A DNA stretch of 61,801 nucleotides from Elainellaceae cyanobacterium (GTDB lineage Bacteria; Cyanobacteriota; Cyanobacteriia; CAKZMO01). The stretch covers positions 1 to 61,801 of the forward strand of contig JBHJHJ010000133.1 in the NCBI GenBank assembly GCA_050330955.1, given 5' to 3'. The notes beneath the pieces were generated by a model. It saw only the letters and a list, made by a program, of their open reading frames with translations. It searched no databases and had not been told where the DNA came from. The position numbers and the translations under genes are program-made. Positions 27,622 through 37,230 of this stretch are shown here, one piece after another; positions within the stretch are counted from its first letter, which is position 1, and each line of letters starts with the position of its first letter.

Positions 27622-29238
27622 ATGACATGCCGTCCCCTGCTTGCACCCCTGAGGTGGTTACTGCTTCCCCCAGCTGTGGGTCTAGTTATCTTGCCGGCCC
27701 AGGCTTCAGACCCTCAACCAGACATTCAGTCTGATGCCCTCTCCCAAGTCACTGCTGTGTCGGAGCTGCGGGACGTGGACCCGTCTCACTGGGCGTACAC
27801 GGCCCTAGAGGCGTTGATTGCTCGCTATGGTTGCATTTCGGGGTACCCTGACGCCACCTTTCGGGGGAGTACTGCCGTGGGTCGCTACGAGTTTGCAGCA
27901 GGGCTCAACGCCTGCTTAAACCAGATCGCCGATTTGATTGAAACGAACGCCATTAGCCGCCAGGACATCGAGATTTTGCAGCGGCTTCAAGAGGAGTTTG
28001 GGGCAGAGCTATCGGCCCTACGGCGACGCGCGACATCTGCAGAGTCCCGAGCTGCCGCGTTAGAGGCAAATCAGTTCTCGGCGACTACTAAGCTTCGGGG
28101 TGAGGTGATCTTTGACGTTAGCGATCGCTTCGGCGGGGACGACCTGGCCTTTGGCCCCGCCGACTCAGATGACAACACTGTATTTCGCGATCGCGTGCGG
28201 CTCAACCTGGCCACCAGCTTTACCGGAGAAGATCTGCTGCTCACTCGCCTTGCCGCAGGCAGCGTGGAGCCTTTTACGCGGCCCGGCCCGTTTGATGGAG
28301 TGGCAGCCTCAACGGCAGAGGGTTCCCTAGCCCACCGGGTGGGGGGCAACACCGGCAACGATTTTGAGCTAGATCGTTTATCTTACAGCGCGCCTCTGGG
28401 CGATCGCCTCGATGTGCATATTGCCGCCAACAGAGGCCGTCACGAAGACTACCTGTTCAGCACCTTCAATGACTATTTAGACGACGGCGACGGCGGCCAC
28501 GGCGCGATTTCCACCTTCGGTCAGCGCAGTCCGATCTACCGCATTGGTGGGGGGGCGGGCGTCGGCCTGAATTTGGCCCTCACCACTGACCGCTCGCTGG
28601 TGCTCACTGGAGGATATTTAGCAGACGAGGCGGCTAGCCCTGAGAGCGGGAGCGGCCTGTTTAATGGAGACTACGCTGCCCTAGGACAGATTGCCTTTGC
28701 CCCGAGCGATCGCCTCAAGCTGGGGGCCACCTATGTCCACGGCCACCACACGGCAGACAACTTTATCTTCGACTCAGGATTTGGAGATGAGTTTTTCGTC
28801 GGCACTACGGCGGCGAGCGCCAGCCACACTGCCCTAGAAACCTCTGCCACCACCAATTCCTACGGGCTGCAGGCGTTTTTTCAGCCCAGCCCTGCGATCG
28901 CCATCAACGCCTTTGGGGGCTTTACGGACGCCATTTTTACAGGTCAGGGGGACGGCGAGATTTGGTATTACGGGTTGGGTTTAGCGTTCCCCGACTTATT
29001 TGAGGAAGGCAATTTGGGCGGCTTTACCGTAGGAGTAGAGCCTTACCTGGCGGGAGAATCTGTGGAGTCGTTTGCGATTGTCAACGATACGTCGGTGCAT
29101 GTGGAGGCGTTTTATCGCTATCAGGTAACAGACAACATCGCGATTACGCCGGGCCTGATTTGGATTACGGCTCCGGACCAAAATCAGGCCAATGATGATT
29201 TTGTGGTGGGGACGTTGCGGACGACGTTCCGGTTTTAG
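27622..29238 (+). CDS. SLH-domain outer-membrane porin (SomA/OprB, 'iron uptake porin' family)
   Basis: ELRDVDPSHWAY, GYPDATFRG, RYEFAAGLNAC, QFSATTKLRGE, C-terminal LRTTFRF. Confidence 0.93.
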   Translation: MTCRPLLAPLRWLLLPPAVGLVILPAQASDPQPDIQSDALSQVTAVSELRDVDPSHWAYTALEALIARYGCISGYPDATFRGSTAVGRYEFAAGLNACLNQIADLIETNAISRQDIEILQRLQEEFGAELSALRRRATSAESRAAALEANQFSATTKLRGEVIFDVSDRFGGDDLAFGPADSDDNTVFRDRVRLNLATSFTGEDLLLTRLAAGSVEPFTRPGPFDGVAASTAEGSLAHRVGGNTGNDFELDRLSYSAPLGDRLDVHIAANRGRHEDYLFSTFNDYLDDGDGGHGAISTFGQRSPIYRIGGGAGVGLNLALTTDRSLVLTGGYLADEAASPESGSGLFNGDYAALGQIAFAPSDRLKLGATYVHGHHTADNFIFDSGFGDEFFVGTTAASASHTALETSATTNSYGLQAFFQPSPAIAINAFGGFTDAIFTGQGDGEIWYYGLGLAFPDLFEEGNLGGFTVGVEPYLAGESVESFAIVNDTSVHVEAFYRYQVTDNIAITPGLIWITAPDQNQANDDFVVGTLRTTFRF

Positions 29239-29262
29239 GGGCTGTCGGGGAGTCGGGGCGTC

Positions 29263-29400
29263 GGGGCGGGTTTTGGGGTAACGCCTTGGGGGTGAGGACA
29301 GGGCTGCTGCTAAACCCGCCCTTACTAAGGTTTTGGGGTAACGCCTTGGGGATGAGGACAGGGCTGCTGCTAAACCCGCCCTTACCGAGGCGTAACCCGC
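29263..29400. repeat. 60-bp tandem duplication built from REP-like GGGCGGGTT/AACCCGCCC units between convergent genes
   Basis: 29269-29328 and 29329-29388 nearly identical; extra AACCCGC at 29394. Confidence 0.85.
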
Positions 29401-29429
29401 TCTTGCCGAGGGGCGTGGCTGCTACAGGG

Positions 29430-29945
29430 CTACCGGCACTCCAGCGACTCGCGGGTGTCCACGCCTGTGGCGGGATTCGTGCCGCTGGCGATCGCGCAAA
29501 GCTGCCGCTGCTGCTGGCGGTCGATTACGACTAAGGTGAAGTCGGCCCCTTCGATGGTGATATTTTTAAGGTTCGTTTTCATCAGCATGGCGGAGTCGAG
29601 GATGGCGTCGGTAAAGTCGGCCCCCGACATATTGCTGAGGTAAGAGACGCCGTTGCTGAGGTTAGCACCGCGAAAGTTAGCGTTTTGGAGCTGAGTACCG
29701 TTGAACACAACCCCCTGCAAATCGGCATCGCTAAAATCTGCTCCTTCTAGGTTGTCGTTGTAAAACTCAGCTTGAATCAAGGTCTTACCCGCGTAGTCTT
29801 TCGTTAAGCTGGCGTCGTCCTGGAGTTTAATTACGCTAGAGCTGGCTGCCAGCGCTGGAGAGGTGCCAAAAGACGCGCTCAGGGCGATCGCTCCCACCAG
29901 CAGAACCGTTAGCAACCGCATTAATCCCAGTTGAATGAAGCCCAT
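29430..29945 (-). CDS. Exported pentapeptide-repeat protein
   Basis: Signal peptide (PALA), A(D/N)(F/L)xx repeats, C-terminal [22 protein letters not shown]. Confidence 0.9.
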   Translation of the reverse strand: MGFIQLGLMRLLTVLLVGAIALSASFGTSPALAASSSVIKLQDDASLTKDYAGKTLIQAEFYNDNLEGADFSDADLQGVVFNGTQLQNANFRGANLSNGVSYLSNMSGADFTDAILDSAMLMKTNLKNITIEGADFTLVVIDRQQQRQLCAIASGTNPATGVDTRESLECR

Positions 29946-30061
29946 TGTTATTCCCAAGTTCGTCAAAGCGTCAAAGACACCTCACAATGTAACATTTGTT
30001 TGCGCAAATTTTTTCTGTTGCGCCGACGCTATGGGTATGGCTCAGGTTTACAGGCATAGGG

Positions 30062-31735
30062 CTATAGCTCTAGCAGCTCGCTGACCCGGCGACGAAGCAA
30101 AAGCTGCGTCACAAACCAGCCTGAAGTGGGCACCTTCAGCGTGTTGCCGACGACTTTAGAGAGCCTATCTAATATGGTGCGGCGAATGTCTTGCCTAAGG
30201 CGGCGATCGGCGTCGCTCAGGGTGACGCTAGAAAAGTCTTCTTCGATGCGGTAGTCGTCACTGGTGCGCCCATTAACCTGTTCCCTAGGGTACTCCGTCG
30301 CTAAAATCTCTGTAAGCCGGATATGGGCCTCAATGCGTCCCTGTCGGTAGTCATATTGGCGCCATTCTTGGTTGAAAAAGCCGCCAAAGCCGCTAATTTG
30401 ATCGCCGGCGGTCTGCTGCGGCGTAGAGCCAATGATAGAAAACCTGAGGATAGACTTATCCTCTAGATTCGCTATGGTGTTAAGGATAAACACCAAGTTA
30501 CGGAAGATCTCTTGCTTGCGCGGCGAATCTGACAAACTGGCATATTCCTGCGGAAACTGTTCTTCCATCGTTTTGAGCAGCGCCTCTAGAGCCGGCTTGA
30601 GGTCTTCTTCCTCCGCTACACGACTCTTCTCGCGAATGACCCGCTGGGTCAGCCGCTGCAGTCCATCCACAAATTGGGCATTGCTAGCGATGTCAGAAGT
30701 GCGCACCAGGTAGGTTATGCCTTTCACCAGTTCGTCGCGCCAGGCAATCTCTGTATTCTTGAGATAGGCCTGCCGCAGCCACTCAATGGCCTGTCCTTGG
30801 TTGAAGATCATCGTGATCAGGCGACTGATGTGGTTTTCTAAGGGAGCTTTGGGGTCAATGTTAGCCTCGAAGCTGGAAACATTGATCGCCGGGTCAACTA
30901 ATAGAAAGAGGCGATCGGGGTTGGGGATGCCGCCGTCTGCGTCGCGGGCCAGCTTAATCGCCTCCTGCAGCGGCTCATTGTTGAAGATGCCGCCGTCTAG
31001 AAAGGTCATGGGACGATCGCGACTGCCGCTTTCATTAGGATGCGGAAAGAATTGGGTTGGCGGTTGGGAGAGTAGTGACTCAGGATAGTCAGAGGGGCTG
31101 CGGCCCACTGACTCAGGCTGAAAGGCGATGGGAAAGCTGCTGCTGGCGATCGCCGCCTCCACAATTTCGGTCCACACCGCGGGGTTAAACAGATTACGCT
31201 CTGAGAGCTGAAACTGCGCGGTGTCGGAAAACAGCGTGGTGACAAAGCGCCGGCCTGTGGCCATGGCAGAGGACAGGGCAGGCAGAGCATAGTCGATGCC
31301 GTTCATGTTGCTGAGGCTGAGGCCTATGCGCAGCGCCCTGGGAGCGAAGGAGGCCACGCTGGTGCGGTTAGCGGCGTCTTCGGTGCCCTCCACAATGAAC
31401 TCGTTAGCCAAGGTGCGAATGACTTCTTTAGAGAGGACGGCGTTGTCGGGGGCGCGGCGCATCAGCTCGACAATATTGATCCGCTCCACCCAAGCCTCGT
31501 ACAGCCGCGATCGCGCTTTGGTGTCGTACATCATGATGCGGGCCGTGAGGGCTGCGGTCAGCGCTCCGGCTGACCCCCCGGTGATGACGTCGATGGTGTA
31601 TTCGGGCTCGTCGGGTTTGCGGGTGCGGTTGAGGTACTCCAGCGCATACAGCAGCTCGGTCATGACTCCGGCTTCGTAGCTGCCGAGGGAGGCGCCTCCG
31701 GCAATGACGAGGGCAATGTTGCGGCGGGGGGGCAT
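30062..31735 (-). CDS. Patatin-like phospholipase
   Basis: Oxyanion GGASLGSY, nucleophile GGSAG, ASSSFP, catalytic DGG. Confidence 0.9.
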   Translation of the reverse strand: MPPRRNIALVIAGGASLGSYEAGVMTELLYALEYLNRTRKPDEPEYTIDVITGGSAGALTAALTARIMMYDTKARSRLYEAWVERINIVELMRRAPDNAVLSKEVIRTLANEFIVEGTEDAANRTSVASFAPRALRIGLSLSNMNGIDYALPALSSAMATGRRFVTTLFSDTAQFQLSERNLFNPAVWTEIVEAAIASSSFPIAFQPESVGRSPSDYPESLLSQPPTQFFPHPNESGSRDRPMTFLDGGIFNNEPLQEAIKLARDADGGIPNPDRLFLLVDPAINVSSFEANIDPKAPLENHISRLITMIFNQGQAIEWLRQAYLKNTEIAWRDELVKGITYLVRTSDIASNAQFVDGLQRLTQRVIREKSRVAEEEDLKPALEALLKTMEEQFPQEYASLSDSPRKQEIFRNLVFILNTIANLEDKSILRFSIIGSTPQQTAGDQISGFGGFFNQEWRQYDYRQGRIEAHIRLTEILATEYPREQVNGRTSDDYRIEEDFSSVTLSDADRRLRQDIRRTILDRLSKVVGNTLKVPTSGWFVTQLLLRRRVSELLEL

Positions 31736-32034
31736 GGCTTTGTCCTACATCAGCGCGTCGCTCCCTAACTTACCAGCGTTCGGGGCGATCGCGTTAGCGA
31801 TGTGTAGCCTTGTGGAGCAGTCTGATGTCACGGGTCGAATTGCAAGCCTCAAGGTAATCAGAGTAGATTCTTGCTCCAATTTACGCTTATAGTCAACTTC
31901 GTAATTGCCTTGAATTACCATAAAGGAGTAATCTACAGCAGGCAAATGAGCAGCCGCAAAAAAATACTAATATAGCGGGAACTCATGAAGTCTTAACCGG
32001 TCATTTAAGGTTATAAGATCCGATGATGTGACGA

Positions 32035-32160
32035 CCAATAGTTCGGACAAGTTTCTAGGCAAGCTCTGAAACCCTCGATTTCTCGTTCGCTCGACTGCCA
32101 TGAGAGAGGGCTAAAACCCTGATTCTCTGGTTGCTCATCAAAAACTGTCCGGAGTGTTGG
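32035..32160. mobile_element. 126-bp MITE-like element (family B)
   Basis: Ends CCAATAGTTCGGACA / TGTCCGGAGTGTTGG (12/15 inverted); ACGA on both sides (32031-34, 32161-64). Confidence 0.6.
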
Positions 32161-32331
32161 ACGACATATTCGCTCATTAATTGATTGCTAGCGTATCTAA
32201 GTAAAGATTCCCAGGAGTCATTATTGTTCTGGGTTCAAGTAGCGAGTGTGCATATTTAGAGAGAAAAGTCTTTTGTAAGGTGTGTTGTCTACCAGCAAGC
32301 ATAATTTATTGCACTTACAAAACTCAGACTA

Positions 32332-32997
32332 ATGGCAGAAGAGTTCGTTAAAGAAATAAGGCAACGTATACTGCGAATCACTACTCAGTATGGAGGTGCT
32401 CTTAAGCTTTCTCAAGACATTCGTTTTGTAAGGAACTTCTCTGATTGGCATAAAATAAGTAGAGCGCCGTAAGTAAACGTAGTTGTCAGGGGGAGTGGCC
32501 CCCGCCGGGGGCCGCTCCCCTTTTCGTTTAATTATGGCTACGCACTTAGACGGGCCAGGGCAAGTTGAACGTCTTAATGGTCAGATTCATAGCTATTGTC
32601 AAAAACAAGCACTTGAGGGCAAATGGGATAGAGAAGATGCTACTTACTTTGCCGTTGCTTTAGATGGAAACAGTGGCTTAGGCCTCATTAATTTCTATAT
32701 TGAGAGAATCAAGAGGTTTTATGAACAGTATAGAGACAAAAAATATTTCTTTTTGAATCGAGTGACAGAGAGTACCTCGAAGCAATTGAAAATCTTTTTA
32801 GCGATGTTCACAGAACCAAAATATTTATCGAGGAAAAAATAAGACGAGAAGAGCATCAGAGAATGATAGTCAATGAACGAAAAAACTTGCCAATAATATC
32901 AATTTTTCTTGCATCCTTAGCTTTGGCTACAGGCTTAGTAGTAACCGGAAATATAATCGTGAATGTGTATATTAACGATTCACCTGACAGTGTCTAG
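32332..32997 (+). pseudogene. AT-rich gene disrupted by a MITE and probably a frameshift; C-terminal TM segment
   Basis: MAEEFVKE...DWHKI (42 codons) joins in frame to DGPGQVER... when 32458-32548 is removed; a shift at the T run ~32750 continues into DREYLEAIENLF...LPIISIFLASLALATGLVV. Confidence 0.65.
32456..32548. mobile_element. ~91-bp MITE (family C) inserted at TA
   Basis: 24-nt imperfect TIRs TAAGT...GCCGTAAGTAAACG / CGTTTAATTATGGC...ACTTA (17/24); internal GC hairpin 32490-32520; removal restores a reading frame. Confidence 0.8.
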
Positions 32998-33103
32998 CAA
33001 AAGCAGGAGCAAAATACAACTATCGAAGAAGGTTCTGAATCAAGTCCTAAGGAAGCTGGCCGGGTTGATGTGTTCTGAGTTTTCGATGTCAAGGGGCGTT
33101 TAA

Positions 33104-33415
33104 CCCGTCTTCCGCACTTCCAACTGGCACAACGGATAATTATAGCGCTCGCCAGGCGTTAGAGGACGGTGTAAGTTCTAGACCCCGCGCGGAGCGCGGG
33201 GTCTAGAACGCACCTTGTCCTGACCGAAGTGGCGACTGCTATAACACGAAGCAATGAGGGTTACAAGAATTTTTATCGGCGACGCTATCAACAGCACGAG
33301 CCTAATGAGAATCGACACTCTATGGTTCGATTGAACTATGAGGCGCTGAAGTCTAGCAATATCAGTACTTCTAGCGTTAATTAAAAATGTGCCAATTCAA
33401 AGTGCGGAATGTGGG
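33104..33415. mobile_element. Non-autonomous element (family D), IS1634-like ends, 6-bp TSD
   Basis: TIRs CCCGTCTTCCGCACTTCCAACTGGCACA / TGTGCCAATTCAAAGTGCGGAATGTGGG (22/28); GTTTAA at 33098-33103 and 33416-33421; family label is recalled similarity only. Confidence 0.75.
33141..33243. mobile_element. ~100-bp MITE (family E) nested inside family D element
   Basis: TATAGCGCTCGCCA / TGGCGACTGCTATA (12/14, TA ends); internal hairpin GTTCTAGACCCCGCGC...GCGCGGGGTCTAGAAC (33175-33209). Confidence 0.8.
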
Positions 33416-33717
33416 GTTTAACGAAGCGCATGTCCGCTGGCCCTTTCCGCTTCAGTCCACTTTTATCGCTACTGGTCAAGTCTTATGATGCGTGACTATG
33501 GTTTTGGTCTGACGGTCGTGCTTTGCAGGCAGAAGTAGGTAATAGCGCAAGCAGTCTCATGCGCTGGTGAATGCGATTGCATTACTGCTCAAAGAACTCA
33601 GGCAGAGCGATTGCCTCCGCCAGTTTGGGCTCAGCTTCATGCGTCAATTCTCTTAGGAGGCGATCGCCACTCAACATGTCGACATCCACTAGGGGCCTGC
33701 TTTGCTAAGATACCGGT

Positions 33718-34815
33718 CTATTCAACAGACTTGAGAATCTCTCGAACCTGGTCTGCCTCAGTAGAGCCAATTTCTTCTAACAGTTCGAGCGCTTGCTTTA
33801 AGTAAGCGATACCCTGCCCGGTCCACTGCTTTTCTTCCACAAGCAGGTATCCCAGAGCCGTTAGCGTAGCCGCTCTACCGTGGAGTTCGCCTTCATACTG
33901 CAGGGCCTCTTGGTAGAGCGCGATCGCCCCATCTACATCGCCCAGGTCAGCCCTAATTGCAGCCAGGTGGTGGAGTACAATTGCGTGTTGATTTTGGGTT
34001 TCACTGGGGTCTAGCCTTTTCAGTAGAACTAGAGAACGGCGGTACGTCGTTTCTGCCTGACTCAGCTTACCCTGGCGCTTTTCAATGTCTGCAATCTGAG
34101 CTAGCGTCGAGGCCTGGCTCAGATGAGCTTCGGACAGCTCGCTTAGAGCAAGGGATTCGCGGTAAACCGCGAGGGCTTGGTCAATATTCCCCTGCTGCTT
34201 CAAGAGACTGCCCATCTGATGGAGGGCTGCAATTTGCGACTGGCGATCGCCGCTTGCCTCATCGATACGGCGCAGCTCTTCAAAATAGGCGATCGCAGCT
34301 GGAACATTCTCCCGCTGGGTCAGATGGGCAAGCTGGTGGAGGCTTGCGGCCTGCCCTGAAACATCGTTGGCGGCTCGCTGCGCCGCGAGAGCTTCCTCAT
34401 ATAATTTGAGGGCTTGCTCAGTCTGACGTTGACTATCTTTGAGGTGGGCGAGCTGGTAAAGGGTGGCGCCTCTGCCCTCGTCATCGCAGAGGCGAGTTTC
34501 AAGCGCTAAGCAATGGTGATAAAGTTCAGCAGCCTGACGAGCGTTACCCCGAACCTCTTCCAAATATGCCAACTCATGCAAGACCCTGGCTTGAAGCAGG
34601 TCCAGCCCACTATACTTTTCTGTAAGGTTGAGTGCCTCTAAGAGTATCTGCTTGGCTAAGTCATAGCTGCCACAGTCACGTAGCTCGATGCCCCGGCATT
34701 TCAGCTCTCGGACGCGATCGCTCGTGGCGTTAATCGCTTTTATAGGGTTTGACGATTCTGGTGCGTCCTGATTGCTGGGGGTAGGACAAAACCACGATGC
34801 AAGTTTACCAATCAT
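33718..34815 (-). CDS. Tetratricopeptide-repeat protein
   Basis: About 7 repeats of the A(R/T/S)xLH(E/Q)LA...G...A...Y..(S/A)L type; ends STEADQVREIL. Confidence 0.88.
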   Translation of the reverse strand: MIGKLASWFCPTPSNQDAPESSNPIKAINATSDRVRELKCRGIELRDCGSYDLAKQILLEALNLTEKYSGLDLLQARVLHELAYLEEVRGNARQAAELYHHCLALETRLCDDEGRGATLYQLAHLKDSQRQTEQALKLYEEALAAQRAANDVSGQAASLHQLAHLTQRENVPAAIAYFEELRRIDEASGDRQSQIAALHQMGSLLKQQGNIDQALAVYRESLALSELSEAHLSQASTLAQIADIEKRQGKLSQAETTYRRSLVLLKRLDPSETQNQHAIVLHHLAAIRADLGDVDGAIALYQEALQYEGELHGRAATLTALGYLLVEEKQWTGQGIAYLKQALELLEEIGSTEADQVREILKSVE

Positions 34816-34867
34816 GGGTGAAAGGTGATCAAAAGGTGATCAAGATGTATTGAATTGGGCTAGAGGC

Positions 34868-34903
34868 GGTGCACAGACGACATCCTAAAATCGTCTGTGC
34901 ACC
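34868..34903 (-). terminator. Perfect 13-bp hairpin between RTX and TPR genes
   Basis: GGTGCACAGACGA-N10-TCGTCTGTGCACC; no clear U tract. Confidence 0.55.
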
Positions 34904-34911
34904 TTGAGCCT

Positions 34912-37230
34912 CTAGCTAGGGGTCCAGGTCGAACCTGAGATAATCGCCAGCGGCGTCTGTTGACCGGTTAAGAAAATCTCGGTGTAGACGTTGTTGGTCT
35001 CTGGGCTGATGCCTTGGAAGACGGTGAGATCATCCCAATTCAGCCCGGCCTCAAGCTCAATTAAATCTTCACCGATGGTGAAGTCAGTGATGGTATCGGT
35101 CCCAATATCTGACGTAAGAACGAAGGTGTCGGTTCCCGACCCGCCCGTAAGCTGGTCGTCTCCGGCTCCGCCAATGAGCCGGTCATTTCCATCACCACCG
35201 ATGAGAATATCGTTCCCGGCTCCACCGACGAGAATATCGTTCCCGGCTTGGCCATAGAGGTCATCATTGTCCAATCCACCGTAGAGGGTATCGTTACCGC
35301 CTGCGCCGTAGAGAGCATCGCTGCCCCCAAGCCCGTGAATGGTGTCGTTACCTTCGTCGAAGCCATGGACAGTATTAGCTTCTTCGTGTAAGAACGTCAC
35401 GCTATCAGGTCTAAACAATCGAGAGCGCTCAGTATAGTCTTCGCCTTCCTCTCCTTCTCCAGGAGGGGCGTCAAAGACATCAAAGCTATCATCGATAGTC
35501 CTGATTTCAATAGGCTCTTCGCCGTCACCTACGACAGTACGATTGTCATCAAATAAGATATTGCCTACCGGAGATGCGACGCCATCAATCGTGAACGAGT
35601 CCTCTTGAGTGTGGGAGCCTAGGTTATCTAGTTCCTCAAGCGCAAAGTTCCTCAGTATGACCTGAGTATTGGCGACTCCTTCAAAGGTGATGACCAAATC
35701 ATAAGGCTCCTCGCGGGTAGGCGCTTGAGCAGGAAATCGGGTCAAGATCAGATTGTTTGCTGTAAGCCCTATTCCGTCAAACCTGAGAACATCAATCTCT
35801 TCGATTGGATTCTCTGGCGTTGGGCCTTTCCCCACACCGGTAAAGCCCGTAACAATGACAGTCTGGCCGACTGAAACGTCAATGACTCTATTGCCATCCG
35901 TATTCTCAACCAAAATAGGCTGTTCATTTAAGATAGCGTCTGGGTGGGGTGGAGTGGTGTCGTCTGGGTCAGATTCTGACGTGTCCTCCGTCACGTCAGG
36001 GAGAGTGGGAGGCTGACCCGGCTCCTCGGTGTTCTCATTCGGTATTTGGGCTATAGGCTCCTCCGCGTCAATCGCTTCAATGTCATCGTCTGGCATTTGG
36101 TCTGTGGGTTCTTCGATTTCAATTGCTTCAGCGTCGATTGCTTCAGCGTCGACTGCTTCAGCCTCAACCGCTTCAATGTCAGTGGGTGACAAAGGTGGCT
36201 CCTCAGGGAGCGCCGGCTGAGAGGGCAAATCGGCATCATTATCCTGAGACTCTACGACTGTAGGCATATCCCTTGGCTGAATTGGGGGAGCTGATGCCCC
36301 AGTTTGGAGGTCACCGTTTTCACCCTGATTCAGCTCACCCCGATTCGGCCCACCCCGATTCGGCCCACCTTCGTTAGCGCCTTCCTCTGATTGGGGGGGG
36401 ATAGAGGAAGGCATTTCAATGGGCGCGTCTGGAGTTGCTGAGCTCACGAGAGTATAGGAAGCCGCACTTTGGGAGATGCGGGTAGAAAGAGTCCTGGGGG
36501 GCGCAACTGTCGGAGAAGCAGCTGAGGCATCAGGGGGTTCTCCTGCAGAGGGCAAAGGCCTCTCTAAGGACATCGCCTCGTCAACGGCAGCAGGCCTATG
36601 TTGAAGCTCAGCTTCGGGAAAGTTGAGTTCAGGTGGGGGGGCGATCGCACCGTCAGGCAGTGCGTCACTATTATTAGGTTGAGAAGTAACGACCACGGCA
36701 GGCGCCTCAAGCGACAAGGCGACAGCTTGACCATCAGCAACAGTTTCCGTAGCCGTGGACGATAGTGCCTGCACATTATTTACAACAGGCGCATCACTAG
36801 ATGCAGAGTCCAGTACGGTGAAGCCTCTGGGAGTTGAGGAGTAGCTTGCCGCGGTAATCACTTCATTTTGCGTTGTCCCAGCAGAGCTGGCCGCTACAAT
36901 TGACCGTTGAGCTGCGCCGTAGGACAGCAAGGGCAGGATGAGCCCTTGATCTGCCGAGCGCAGCATTTCGCGAAACGTTCTGGCGAATCGTCTCAGCCTA
37001 TGAGGCTGAGAGAATCGTCTCGATAAAGGCAGTGTTGATGCCCGCAGCTGTGTGGTCCGCGTCGGGTTATCGGTCGAAATAGCGCGTGGCAGAGGTGGAC
37101 TGCTGCTACGTTCAGTTTCAACTCTTCGCCCAGGCATTTCTACCTTTCGGGGTCTGGGTGAGATTGTCGGTGGCCCATCACGCGACTGCAGATACCCGCT
37201 GGTGGGAGGTAGGCCCTGTAATTGATTCAT
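34912..37230 (-). CDS. RTX-type calcium-binding (type I-secreted) protein with long acidic/Pro-rich disordered region
   Basis: About 8 GGxGxDxL nonapeptides, DTITDFTIGEDLIEL, preceded by a cyanobacterial RTX-associated block (GFTGVGKG...LTANNLIL...NFALEELDNL); start uncertain. Confidence 0.85.
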   Translation of the reverse strand: MNQLQGLPPTSGYLQSRDGPPTISPRPRKVEMPGRRVETERSSSPPLPRAISTDNPTRTTQLRASTLPLSRRFSQPHRLRRFARTFREMLRSADQGLILPLLSYGAAQRSIVAASSAGTTQNEVITAASYSSTPRGFTVLDSASSDAPVVNNVQALSSTATETVADGQAVALSLEAPAVVVTSQPNNSDALPDGAIAPPPELNFPEAELQHRPAAVDEAMSLERPLPSAGEPPDASAASPTVAPPRTLSTRISQSAASYTLVSSATPDAPIEMPSSIPPQSEEGANEGGPNRGGPNRGELNQGENGDLQTGASAPPIQPRDMPTVVESQDNDADLPSQPALPEEPPLSPTDIEAVEAEAVDAEAIDAEAIEIEEPTDQMPDDDIEAIDAEEPIAQIPNENTEEPGQPPTLPDVTEDTSESDPDDTTPPHPDAILNEQPILVENTDGNRVIDVSVGQTVIVTGFTGVGKGPTPENPIEEIDVLRFDGIGLTANNLILTRFPAQAPTREEPYDLVITFEGVANTQVILRNFALEELDNLGSHTQEDSFTIDGVASPVGNILFDDNRTVVGDGEEPIEIRTIDDSFDVFDAPPGEGEEGEDYTERSRLFRPDSVTFLHEEANTVHGFDEGNDTIHGLGGSDALYGAGGNDTLYGGLDNDDLYGQAGNDILVGGAGNDILIGGDGNDRLIGGAGDDQLTGGSGTDTFVLTSDIGTDTITDFTIGEDLIELEAGLNWDDLTVFQGISPETNNVYTEIFLTGQQTPLAIISGSTWTPS

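Noticed and set aside
29269-29388. 60-bp tandem as CRISPR, and the 82-aa ORF spanning it
   Set aside because: No unique spacers; the ORF merely translates the repeat
8834-31735. Cyclase plus patatin as a CBASS/Pycsar-like pair
   Set aside because: About 19 kb apart and separated by housekeeping genes; no operon link
35825-35850. GFTGVGKG in the RTX protein as a Walker A motif
   Set aside because: Lacks S/T after K and has no Walker B; it is part of an RTX-associated block
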